DNA of 39,200 nucleotides. Source: an uncultured Acetobacteraceae bacterium. Its GTDB lineage: Bacteria > Pseudomonadota > Alphaproteobacteria > Acetobacterales > Acetobacteraceae. Positions 19,264 through 28,160 of the stretch are shown in pieces. The notes under the pieces are model-generated. The model was given only the letters and a program-made list of their open reading frames with translations. It was not told the DNA's origin and ran no database searches. Numbering within the stretch: position 1 is the first letter of the stretch; every line of letters starts with the position of its first letter. The translations under genes were made by a program, and so were the position numbers. The DNA lies in the NCBI GenBank assembly GCA_964247035.1, contig CAXTTH010000001.1:1-39200 (forward strand). The letters are read 5' to 3'.

Positions 19264-20463
19264 ATCAACCGGTGCGAACGCGCTGCTGACACCGCGCTCG
19301 AACCGGGCTTGATACCCTTTTGGCCGTTCGGTGTCCTCCAGCGGTATCGGCGCTGTCGGACGGTCAGCCTGTCGGACGAGGCCAGGCCGCTGCTGCTGCG
19401 CGTGCAGGAATACCTCCTTTCGAGCGCACCGAACGAAAACGATCAAGGCCTCGCAGGCGCAGGAGTTGGGGCCGCCCAGAGGAAACGAAGGCCGCGCGTC
19501 CCTTGGGCGCGGCAGCTGAAGCGAGGTGAGGTCGTCGAGGTTCTGCGAAGGCTTTGCTTTCCCCTGCTGGGGCCGCTTTGGGAGGAAGCGCAACAGCCGT
19601 CGGATTGTTGGAGCAAGGAAGCAAGTGGGTGGACGCTGCTGGACGAATGGACGCCGGGATGCCTGCCGCCGGCCGTTGCTGCCCCCACCTTGCTTGCGGC
19701 GGTCACCTTCCTGGCTGCGGAGGGCGGCACGCGCCTGATCGGCGTGAGCTGGGAACCCCTCGTCCTGCTCAACGGCGAGAACTCCAAAATCGATGGCGAA
19801 ACATTGCCGTGGCACCTCACCGCGACGGATGCCAACCTCGCCCGCCGCCTGTTCAGTGCGGTCCTGGAGCCGTTCGGGCTTCTGCTTGGCGCCCTGTGCG
19901 GTTCCGGCCGTGCACTTGCCACCACACGGGAGGACAACCGGCGCCGATACGGCATTGGCGGTGGGATGCGCGAGGCCAGGTTGACCGCGCGGGATCGTGC
20001 GAATGAGACCGAGATGGCCAGGGAGGCACGAGAAGGGCGGGAGCGTTACAGCCCGCCGCCGACGGAGCGCTTCGCTTTCAGCAGGCTTATTCCCGAGGCC
20101 CCTGTTCCACCCCGACCGCGAGAGTGCTTCGAGCGTGCGCTCATCGGCGCCCTCGTCTTGGCTGCCCAGGGCACCGACCCTGACAACTGCGACATCATGC
20201 ACCGCTTCGGCGTGACCAGGACCCTGATGGAAAGCCGCTACGTTCGCTATTGGGTGTTGCGCCACATCGACCACGACACCCAGCATTTGGCGACCACCCT
20301 GGCGGATGCCCTCGATTTGGCTCGGGCGACGAACCGCAGCCTGCTGTTGCCGGAGTGGCCGCCCGTGCCACCCCCGGCTGCCCGCCTCACGCCACCACGA
20401 AGGCTCTCCACGCCGCGCGCCCGGTCGCCTCGCGCAGCACGCCGGCCGCCACCAGCTGCTTGA
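19264..20463 (+). CDS. Hypothetical protein, probably 5'-truncated by IS256
   Basis: A ~400-codon open frame with protein-like composition starts at the IS256 end (the annotated ATG lies in the IR). Its 3' end overlaps the next gene by 77 bp. Confidence 0.45.
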   Translation: MNRCERAADTALEPGLIPFWPFGVLQRYRRCRTVSLSDEARPLLLRVQEYLLSSAPNENDQGLAGAGVGAAQRKRRPRVPWARQLKRGEVVEVLRRLCFPLLGPLWEEAQQPSDCWSKEASGWTLLDEWTPGCLPPAVAAPTLLAAVTFLAAEGGTRLIGVSWEPLVLLNGENSKIDGETLPWHLTATDANLARRLFSAVLEPFGLLLGALCGSGRALATTREDNRRRYGIGGGMREARLTARDRANETEMAREAREGRERYSPPPTERFAFSRLIPEAPVPPRPRECFERALIGALVLAAQGTDPDNCDIMHRFGVTRTLMESRYVRYWVLRHIDHDTQHLATTLADALDLARATNRSLLLPEWPPVPPPAARLTPPRRLSTPRARSPRAARRPPPAA

Positions 20464-21511
20464 GCAGGACCAACGCCGCCTGCGGGCTGAGTTTGAGTTG
20501 GTCGGCCAAGCCACGTGCCGTGAGCACCGGACGGCGGATGGCGAGCGCCGCGGCGACAGGGAGCTGCGAGCGGGCCGTGCGGTGCAGGGCAGCTGCCTTC
20601 TCCGCCGCCGCTTGCAGCCGGGAGAGCTCCTGACTGGCGCGCCGGGCCGCGTCTGCGATCGCCAGCAGGAAGCTGGACGTCCAGGCCGATCCTGCGGTGA
20701 GCGCGAGGTGCTCCAGCTGTCCCGGCGTGGCCGACCAGAACGGCAGCGCCAGCATCGGGGTCGTGCCCGCCTGCCGCCATACGCAAGCCGCCAGGAACAA
20801 GGCGGCGGTTGCGAGATGGTCTCCCCTCCCCTGCCCCGGCTCGTGTTGCGACCAGGCCTGCGCTGACTGCGCTGTCCGCAGCAGGGCCGGCAGGGTGGCA
20901 TCAGCCGGGGCTGAGCGGCCGGCGAACTGGCCAAGCCATGCGTTCATGGCTTCCTCGACCGGCGCGTGATGGCCCAGTTGCGCCAGGAGCGGCTTCAGGG
21001 CAGCCGCATCGGCCAGCGGTGTCCAGGTTCGGTGCTCCGCCAGGCGCAGCCAGAGCCGGCCGAGCTGCAGCGCCTGGACGACGCCCAGGTCCTCCGCAAG
21101 CGCCTCCGGCAACGGTGCATCCTCTGTGGTCGTCGGCAAGGTGGCGCGCAAACGCCCGCTCATCGCCGCAATGGTGATGGAGCCGGTCAACCCGGCGGCA
21201 CGCAGGCCGAGGTCGGTCGGATGCACCCAGGCTCCATGCTGGTGCGCCAGCCATCCCGCAGCCTCGCGCAGGGCGAGGCGGGCGCGCAGCCCTTCGGCGA
21301 CGGCCGGGTTAGCGGCCTCAATCCGGGCATCGAGCCGGGCGAGTGCGGCGCTTGCCTCGGCGAGGGGCGCCAACAAAGCGGGCGCGTCCAGTCCCGGAGC
21401 GACACCCGGTCGCTTGCTGGGAGGCATGCCGGGCGGGTCGAGACCGTCCTCGGCGGATTCGTCCTCCCACACCGGGTGGAACCATAGGTCGTCTTCATCC
21501 TCGGTCGACAT
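20387..21511 (-). CDS. DUF1612/RHE_PE00001-like protein with C-terminal HTH
   Basis: LAEASAALARLDAR and WVHPTDL in the N-terminus; RPVLTARGLADQLKLSPQAAL...LREATGRAAWRAF in the C-terminus. Divergent from the recombinase. Confidence 0.75.
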   Translation of the reverse strand: MSTEDEDDLWFHPVWEDESAEDGLDPPGMPPSKRPGVAPGLDAPALLAPLAEASAALARLDARIEAANPAVAEGLRARLALREAAGWLAHQHGAWVHPTDLGLRAAGLTGSITIAAMSGRLRATLPTTTEDAPLPEALAEDLGVVQALQLGRLWLRLAEHRTWTPLADAAALKPLLAQLGHHAPVEEAMNAWLGQFAGRSAPADATLPALLRTAQSAQAWSQHEPGQGRGDHLATAALFLAACVWRQAGTTPMLALPFWSATPGQLEHLALTAGSAWTSSFLLAIADAARRASQELSRLQAAAEKAAALHRTARSQLPVAAALAIRRPVLTARGLADQLKLSPQAALVLLKQLVAAGVLREATGRAAWRAFVVA

Positions 21512-21635
21512 CGGCCTTTTCGGTCCTTGAGCCTCGATATTAGAATCCTCTAACCTACTGTAGCGTAACAGATTTGCACGTTTTTTGAAAGGTAATAGCC
21601 ATATTGCATTCGCATAGGCGGCAGTTTGTGCAGCT

Positions 21636-21663
21636 ACTTGTGTTAATAGCCGCTAACGCAAGT
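21636..21663. other. Putative tyrosine-recombinase crossover site (lox-like)
   Basis: ACTTGTGTTA-ATAGCCGC-TAACGCAAGT: inverted arms matching 9/10 around an asymmetric 8-bp spacer, 46 bp upstream of the recombinase ATG. Confidence 0.55.
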
Positions 21664-21709
21664 TGACTGGCACAGAACCGCCCGGCTAGCCTCGCCAGAG
21701 GAGGATTCC

Positions 21710-22789
21710 ATGCCGGACGACACCGCGGCAGCGACGCTCACCACACGACCGGACGCCCTATCGGCCACGGCAGCAGCCGTGCTGTCCGAGACCGCCCTGG
21801 ACTACGCGCGCCAGGCACTCTCCCCTGCCACCCGGCGGGCCTACGGCAGCCATCTGCGGGCCTGGGAAGCCTGGTGCCAGGCCAGGAATATCGGCCCTGC
21901 CCCGGCCGCCCCCGCCCTGGTCGCGAACCACCTGGCGGAGCTGGCCGGCAAGCGCGCCTACGTCACCCTCACCAGCCGGCTCTCCGCCATCGTGCAGGCT
22001 CACGCCTTGCTCCGCCTGCCGTTCGACAGCCGCGACCCCGAGCTGCGCAAGACCCTGCAGGGCATCGCCCGCGCCCACGGCACCCGGCCCAAGCGACAGG
22101 CTGCCCCGCTACTGGCGGCCGACGTCATCAAGCTGGCCAGCGTTTGCGGCGGCGACCTGCGTGGCGAGCGGGATCGGGCATTGATCATGCTGGGGTTCGC
22201 CGGCGCCTTCCGAAGGTCCGAGCTGGTCGAGATCAAGATTGGCGATCTGAGCTTCGGACCGCAGGGACTGAGCGTGTTCCTGGCGCGGTCCAAGGCGGAC
22301 CAGCTCGGCGAGGGCACGGTCGTGCACGTCGCTGCCAACCCGCTCAGCGCCCAGTGCCCGGTCGCAGCGCTCCAGGCCTGGCTGGGCAGCGCCGGGATCG
22401 AGCAGGGCTGGGTGTTCCGCCGCATCACCCGCGACGACGCGATCGGCCGGCAGGGCCTGGCTGCCGAGAGCGTGCGGCTGATCCTGAGGGAACGAGCCTG
22501 GGAGGCCGGCTACCGGGGCGCAGAGCTCGCTCGCATCACCCCCCACAGCCTTCGCGCGGGCTGCATCACCACCCTGGCCCAAGCCAGCGTGCACGAACGC
22601 GACATCATGAAGCACTCCCGCCACGGGTCCCAGGCGGTGATGCGCAGCTACATCCGCGCGGCAGGCGTCGAAGAGGCGTTCACCTCAGGCGCCCTGTGGC
22701 GGCAAAACGATGGTAAGCCAAGATCAGGTCCAAACGCAGTCGCACGATCCAGGGGCCAACGTCCCCAGCGCTCAAAGCGGACGACGTGA
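21710..22789 (+). CDS. Cre-like tyrosine recombinase
   Basis: RDRALIMLGFAGAFRRSEL (R), RSKADQ (K), HSLRAG (HxxR), SRH, SYIR (Y), and GAGGAGG RBS. Confidence 0.95.
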   Translation: MPDDTAAATLTTRPDALSATAAAVLSETALDYARQALSPATRRAYGSHLRAWEAWCQARNIGPAPAAPALVANHLAELAGKRAYVTLTSRLSAIVQAHALLRLPFDSRDPELRKTLQGIARAHGTRPKRQAAPLLAADVIKLASVCGGDLRGERDRALIMLGFAGAFRRSELVEIKIGDLSFGPQGLSVFLARSKADQLGEGTVVHVAANPLSAQCPVAALQAWLGSAGIEQGWVFRRITRDDAIGRQGLAAESVRLILRERAWEAGYRGAELARITPHSLRAGCITTLAQASVHERDIMKHSRHGSQAVMRSYIRAAGVEEAFTSGALWRQNDGKPRSGPNAVARSRGQRPQRSKRTT

Positions 22790-23627
22790 GTCGCATCAAT
22801 GAGGGGAGGCGACACTCTTGCCGATTCTGATCGCTGCCGCAGTTCAGCTACCTTCTCGTCTACGACCCTGCGACAGACCCGGTAGAGATCCTCCGATGCG
22901 TGCATACCTCCCACGATCTGCCACGTGCGCTAGGGGAGCTGCGCGGACCAACAGCACCTTAAACTGATGGGCACAAGTAACGCACTCGGGAAAGCCGCTA
23001 GAGTCGGACCAGTTCTGCCCCGCTCACCAAATCGCATGATTGGAGCGGCGTTCAAACGCGCAGCGGGCGGAGTTTCATGGGTTTCCAGAGAGAAGTTTCC
23101 GTGTGTTGTCATATATTTACAGCCGATAAACTGGGTTGTCGATCGTGGCATAGCCAAAGCGGACAATACTAGCCGCGTCTACCGCGCCGCCGAAGGGGCT
23201 GGTGCGTCCGCTACGACCTCCCACCGCTGCCCCTCCAGCTAGAACGTGGCCGCCCTTCTCGTCGGCGAACGTTTCTAACGCTGAGCGTTCACACGCCGCG
23301 AAGAATGTGCAGCAGCTCGCCATGTTCGACAGATCAAGTCTAGGCGGCTGCGATTGCAACCCGATCGAACAGGCACTGCATTGCCTCTAGCGCTACCAGG
23401 GCAACATTGACCGCTTCTTCACTCGGCACGTTGAGCAGCTTCCACTGATGTGCGCGAGCGACGCTGTTGATGAATTATAAATCTGATCCCAGGCTCGTCC
23501 CATGTCGCCGTTGCTTCTTCGCTGTGACGGACCGCGGCATTAATCACCCCAGGTACGAAAGCGTTCACGCGCTTATCGTGCCGAACAAGCTACGTCCATG
23601 TTTGGACGGTGGCTCGCGTCGACGGGG

Positions 23628-23753
23628 CTTTCGCCGCGAAAGGTTGTTGTCGGCCTAGCTCATTAGCAGGTGTTGACACCTGCTTTCGCGGCGTAATGAC
23701 GTCTCGGACTGGACCGCCTGTTGCACATCGTGGAGAGCTTTCGCGGCGAAAAG
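23628..23753. repeat. Three palindromic CTTTCGC(C/G)GCG(A/T)AA boxes at 55-bp spacing; putative parS/centromere
   Basis: Copies start at 23628, 23683 and 23738, upstream of parA. Confidence 0.7.
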
Positions 23754-23919
23754 CACCATCGGCGCACTCGTCTCTAATGTCTTCCAAGCTGATCCACAGC
23801 AGTGTTCGCTGCCTACTCGTGTCAGCAAGGCAACATTGAGCTCCGAATCCGTCCCGTCGCGGTAGTCGTTCCGGTTTTCGCCTTGGCGGCGTGCTCCGGT
23901 CGGGAGCACAGTCTGTTTA

Positions 23920-24645
23920 ATGGAGGGCATGGTTGTGCTTCAAGATGAGTTGGTTGCATCGCGCTCTTTGCGCGCGGTCGGTCCGCCCCGGATAGTGCTG
24001 CTCGTGGCGCCGAAGGGGGGAGTGGGAAAGACGACGACGGTTACGGCCCTCCTCGTGTCAGCCCGACTAGCCGGAATGACGGCGCTCGGAGTCGACATGG
24101 ACGACCAGGAAAGCCTCATGACCTGGGGAGCTTGGCGTCGGGACACAATTGCGGCTAATCCGGCGCTCGGCCTGGTGGACGTCCTGGTCCGGAAGATGGA
24201 CTTAGGGGAGTGGCGCTCGCTGCGGAAACTTAATGATTACGATATCGTAATAGTAGATACGCCACCTGGCATTGGCGAAGCTCGACAATCCATCCGCTCG
24301 TTGTGCGAGGTGGCGGACATCGTCCTGATCCCTACATCGGCCAGTCCCGCGGACCTGGAGAAGGTGGTCCCGTTCGGTCGATCTATTGCTGGTACAAAAG
24401 CATTTTTTGTGCTGAATAGGGTCAATCGGCGGACCAGGTCGTGGGCGCAGGCAAGGGTGGACCTCACGGCGGACACAAGACTCGCGCCTTCCGACATACC
24501 CGCCCTTGACGTCGTCACCACGCAATTCGGCGCGGGTCTGACGACCACGGACATGGCGACGGCTGGGGCGGATGCGTTTGCGGCGCTCTGGAACTTCGTG
24601 CGCCTGGAGATTGGCCTGAAGTCGGAGGCCGGCATCAATGGCTAG
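23920..24645 (+). CDS. parA: ParA-family Walker ATPase (short, no N-terminal HTH)
   Basis: KGGVGKTT, VDMDDQESL, IVIVDTPPG, ADIVLIPT, VLNRV. Confidence 0.92.
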   Translation: MEGMVVLQDELVASRSLRAVGPPRIVLLVAPKGGVGKTTTVTALLVSARLAGMTALGVDMDDQESLMTWGAWRRDTIAANPALGLVDVLVRKMDLGEWRSLRKLNDYDIVIVDTPPGIGEARQSIRSLCEVADIVLIPTSASPADLEKVVPFGRSIAGTKAFFVLNRVNRRTRSWAQARVDLTADTRLAPSDIPALDVVTTQFGAGLTTTDMATAGADAFAALWNFVRLEIGLKSEAGING

Positions 24646-25471
24646 ACATCGAATCCAGCCCGCGCGCAACTGGGGGACTTCGGCGCCCGCCGAGGCGAAC
24701 GGCGGCGTCAGCCCGGCTCTCGTTCTGTCCTCTCCGCCTCGCGAAGCGGAGGGAGCGCCGCCTGTTCGCCTTGTTGCCGGCCGCGGGGCCACGGTGTCGC
24801 GGGTCATGCGGGTTATCTCGTCCGAGCGACTGGACCTGATCCGTAAGGCGGTCGGCGTTGCCGTGATCGAGGACCAAGCCAAGCTCGTAGCCGTCGTTAA
24901 CGCGATGGACGGCGTTGCCGAGCAGACCGACAAGGTCCTGAAGGCGAGCGTGGAAATCGGTCGCGAGCTAAACGCCATGCTGGACGAGCTCTCCGAAGGG
25001 GAGGGGAGGGCGGCCCTGCGAAACTCCGTCGCCCTGTTCGCCGGCTGGTCTGCCGGCAACCTTCGCAAGATGATGGGAGCGGCGAGGATTTTCGACTCAG
25101 GCTGGGTAGACCGGGAGATACTGCCAACCAGCTTCACGACGCTCTACGAGCTCAGCCATCTCGACGAAGCCGGAATGCGCCGGGCCGTGGAGGGCAAGTT
25201 GATCAGACCTACGCTTTCCCGCAACGAGGCGGAGAGCATCTGGAAGCTCGTGGCGTTGCAGTCGGACGCGCCCGCCGGCCCCGCGACGGGGAACCCGACC
25301 TCCCGCGCCGCCCTGCCGCGGGAGATCATCGAGATCGACGCGGAGATAGACGCCCTCCGCGCCGAGATTAGAAAGCTCGCGTCGAGGCGGTCTAGGCTGA
25401 TGGCGAAGGCCGCCAAGGACCGGAGGAAGGCTGCTACGGCAGGGGAGGGGGTCACAACCCGAGAGACGTAG
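24638..25471 (+). CDS. ParA-coupled hypothetical protein, DUF3102-like core plus C-terminal coiled coil
   Basis: Overlaps the parA stop. VEIGREL...MMGAAR...LPTSFTTLYELSHL...IRPTLSR resembles DUF3102. No ParB GxxR motif is seen. Confidence 0.7.
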   Translation: MARHRIQPARNWGTSAPAEANGGVSPALVLSSPPREAEGAPPVRLVAGRGATVSRVMRVISSERLDLIRKAVGVAVIEDQAKLVAVVNAMDGVAEQTDKVLKASVEIGRELNAMLDELSEGEGRAALRNSVALFAGWSAGNLRKMMGAARIFDSGWVDREILPTSFTTLYELSHLDEAGMRRAVEGKLIRPTLSRNEAESIWKLVALQSDAPAGPATGNPTSRAALPREIIEIDAEIDALRAEIRKLASRRSRLMAKAAKDRRKAATAGEGVTTRET

Positions 25472-25554
25472 CGCCCCTCGTCCGCACCCTTCCTTGTGTC
25501 TCCCGGTCCAGACGCCTTCGGGCTGGATCCAACGCGCCGAACTTGTAGAACGTG

Positions 25555-26049
25555 TCATGTAACTTGACTTCGGGCTTTCCATGGCGCGCCACTGCGCTGC
25601 TGATGAACTGTGTGTTGGATGCGGTCCTTTCCTCTGCCATCTGTCAGTTTCTCTAGAGTGGCCCGATGTATCCCATAGAGTTCGGCCGTTCTATCGGCCT
25701 CCTTGGCCGCCTCCTCCAGGCTGTCCTCGTTCAGGTCCGGACGCATGTGCAGAAGACGTCCTTGCACGCGCTGAAGTAGGCCGCTATCGGGTCCGGGCGA
25801 GCCTGGTCCGTGAATGCGCTTTGCGAACATCGCCGCGCCGGCGCCGATCGGGACCAGCATCGTTTTGTCAGGGGGCCGGTGCGGTGAGCTATCTACGGCG
25901 TCTTCAGCCGCACGCGCTCCAACCATTCCTCTAGGCCGTCCTCGCGGACGACGGGGTGTTGTCAAATGCTTCTCGGCGCAGTCAGCCGCATCGTTCTCGA
26001 CGGGCTTAATCGCGGCCGACCGTGCCGCCTCGTCCGCGTCGATGGGCAC
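25555..26049 (-). CDS. Hypothetical protein with AT-hook-like motif
   Basis: 164-aa ORF containing RRPRGRPRG, between the par and rep modules. Confidence 0.45.
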   Translation of the reverse strand: MPIDADEAARSAAIKPVENDAADCAEKHLTTPRRPRGRPRGMVGARAAEDAVDSSPHRPPDKTMLVPIGAGAAMFAKRIHGPGSPGPDSGLLQRVQGRLLHMRPDLNEDSLEEAAKEADRTAELYGIHRATLEKLTDGRGKDRIQHTVHQQRSGAPWKARSQVT

Positions 26050-26283
26050 ACTAAGCCTGACGAGCCTCTCGCCGCTGGAGCTTGATGATGTCAGTGAATT
26101 TTAAGAGCAGCACCTTCATAGTCACTTACTTCTTTGGCATGTTCGCGCCCCTGTCTTGGTAATTCCGTGTCAGCAGTTCGAACTCATCGGCTGGGCTGGC
26201 GTGCCGAGCGTAGTTCTTCCATAGATGCCCCGCCGCCGTTACAGCCGCGGTACTTCGCCTCTACCCCAGCGTCCGCCGCAACC

Positions 26284-26757
26284 GTGAGGAAATGCCAAAA
26301 GCAGGCTCCGGGATAAACCTGTGGGCTGGTTATCTGTCCTGCGCGGCGTAGGGAGCTTTCGATGCAGGTCGCCCGCGCCGGTCTTGGTAACGCTGTTTCT
26401 GCCGCTTTTGCGCCGGCGGCGTGAGCAAGTGCCAAGGCCTGTCAGGCACGCCTGCCGGCCGTGAGCAAGTGCCAAAAACCCTGCGCAATTTGCGCGCCAC
26501 AAGCGTCTTATACGAGGACGGAATACCCGTGGCGCAAGGATATGCCAAGCGGGTGCCTCGAATCGACGATGCTGCAGGGCGTCGCCAAACGGGATGCGGG
26601 CGCCGAGCGAGACGCGGCGAGCAAGAACCCACTGGCACTTGCTCACGGTTTTTTGGCACTTGCTATCGAAATTTCAGTTATACACTGGCACATTCCCTCG
26701 CAACCCTAATAACTAATCACTAATACCCTTCAAATAGCAGCCGTGAGCAAGTGCCAA
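26284..26757. repeat. Iteron cluster / putative oriV upstream of repA
   Basis: GTGAGCAAGTGCCAA forward at 26421, 26461 and 26743 (degenerate at 26284), reverse at 26632-26646 and 26653-26664. AT-rich CTAAT x3 tract at ~26706-26725. Confidence 0.85.
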
Positions 26758-26794
26758 GTTGACACACCGGCGAGCTATCAGCGCAATGAGGCCC

Positions 26795-27733
26795 ATGAGC
26801 CAAGTCCACGACATCCTCCTTCGGCACGGGATCGCCGAAGCAAAGCGCTTCTCGGCAACAAGCAAAAGCGAGGTAGCATGCCTGGACGCCGCCCACGCCG
26901 TCTTGTCCGACGAAGATATGGAGATTGACATTGCTCATGCCGGCTTTGCGATGGCGTCGCTACCGCATCGCAGAACGACCGAGCAAGTTTGGGAACGCGA
27001 GGGCGGGCCAATAAAGTTGCTCATCGAGAGCGGTCTAGACTCCAACAAGGTTCCGGTCGGCATCCCTTACGGCGCCATAGCCCGGATGATCCTGCTCTAC
27101 TTGCAGACGCAGGCGGTCAAGACGAAGAGCAGAGACGTCGAACTCGGCTCGTCGATGAATGCGTGGCTCACCACCATGGGGGTGCCAATCGGGGGACGGA
27201 CCTACAAGAGCGTCAGGGAACAGGCGAGCAGGATAAGCCGGTGCCGCCTTACCTTCTTCGAACGGACAGCGACCGTGGAACTCGTGCGCAACGGGGCATT
27301 TGTTCGCGACGCCATCCTACCGCTGGACTCCTCCAAGGGTGGCCAGGCGAGCCTGTGGCAGGAATTCGTGCGGCTTGACGAGGGGTTCTACCAGTCGCTA
27401 ATCGACCACCCTCTTCCGCTGCGCGAAGCAGCTATCCAGGAAATCTCGGGCAAGTCGATGGCGATCGATCTTTATATGTGGCTGGCATACCGGCTCCACG
27501 TGCTTAACAAGCCAGTGCCAGTTACCTGGGGTTCCCTACGCAACCAGTTTGGTCCCGAGTATAGCGTGATCCGATTTTTTAGGAGGGACATGCTGCCGCA
27601 GCTAAACCTCGCGCTGGCGGTCTACCCGGAAGCCAGGATTGACATCGACGAGCGGAAGGGCATTACGCTTCACCCGTCGGCCCCTCCGGTGCCTCCGCGC
27701 TCGGGCAAGCCGATGGCTATCCGCCGGGGCTGA
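26795..27733 (+). CDS. repA: Plasmid replication initiator, RepA_C family
   Basis: HAGFAMASLPHR, GIPYGAIARMILLYLQTQAV, SMAIDLYMWLAYRL, LRNQFGPEY, LALAVYPEA. The likely start is ATG 26795 (ORF open from 26759). Confidence 0.92.
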   Translation: MSQVHDILLRHGIAEAKRFSATSKSEVACLDAAHAVLSDEDMEIDIAHAGFAMASLPHRRTTEQVWEREGGPIKLLIESGLDSNKVPVGIPYGAIARMILLYLQTQAVKTKSRDVELGSSMNAWLTTMGVPIGGRTYKSVREQASRISRCRLTFFERTATVELVRNGAFVRDAILPLDSSKGGQASLWQEFVRLDEGFYQSLIDHPLPLREAAIQEISGKSMAIDLYMWLAYRLHVLNKPVPVTWGSLRNQFGPEYSVIRFFRRDMLPQLNLALAVYPEARIDIDERKGITLHPSAPPVPPRSGKPMAIRRG

Positions 27734-27744
27734 CGGAAAGCAGG

Positions 27745-27833
27745 TTTGCATTTGCTCACGGGACAAGACCCACAACTTGAAAATACAGTTGTTTGGGGTT
27801 TTCTCACGCATCCGACTTTTGGCACTTGCTCAC
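27745..27833 (-). repeat. Two iteron copies downstream of repA
   Basis: TTTGCATTTGCTCAC 27745-27759 and TTGGCACTTGCTCAC 27819-27833 are reverse copies of the upstream 15-mer. Confidence 0.8.
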
Positions 27834-28160
27834 GGCCGCAAGACCAGCAACGCAGCTCGGTAGGATCAAAGAGCAACGGCGCTGCCTCAAGTATCTGAAG
27901 GCACAGCGTTAATTGTCATGCAGACAACCCTATGAATGAACAAGCAGGGAGCATCGACCGTCTCTGGACTGTGGTGGACCATTTTGGGACGTAAGACGGT
28001 TACGAGATGTATTCTATGGACGGATCTGGATGTCTTTGAAGTGAGTTCCAGTAGGCGTCCAGAAAACGTCTTATTGCTGGACAAACCAGTGATATCAGAG
28101 ACTTAGATATCCGCTTAGGCTTAGCGTTGTCTGCATGACAACCGACGATATAATCCTCAA

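Noticed and set aside
22648-23460. Short minus-strand ORFs downstream of the recombinase (22648-22914 and 22930-23166 are in frame across a TAG)
   Set aside because: Possibly a decayed gene, but no recognisable motif supports a call.
23572-23600. CTTATCGTGC as the partner end of the putative IR at 3600
   Set aside because: Only 10 bp match and the terminal part does not align.
23628-23753. Possible mini-CRISPR (regularly spaced repeats with unique spacers)
   Set aside because: The repeats are only ~15 bp and degenerate, there are three copies, and no cas genes are present. A protein-binding array fits better.
26492-26515. oriT-like sequence (CAAGCGTCTTATACG) and the 12-mer GCGCGCCACAAG shared with ~29970
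   Set aside because: Only a partial match to MOBQ nic sites, no relaxase in the window, and the match may be chance.
26284-26757. GTGAGCAAGTGCCAA repeats as a CRISPR array
   Set aside because: Mixed orientation, irregular spacing and position next to repA indicate iterons.
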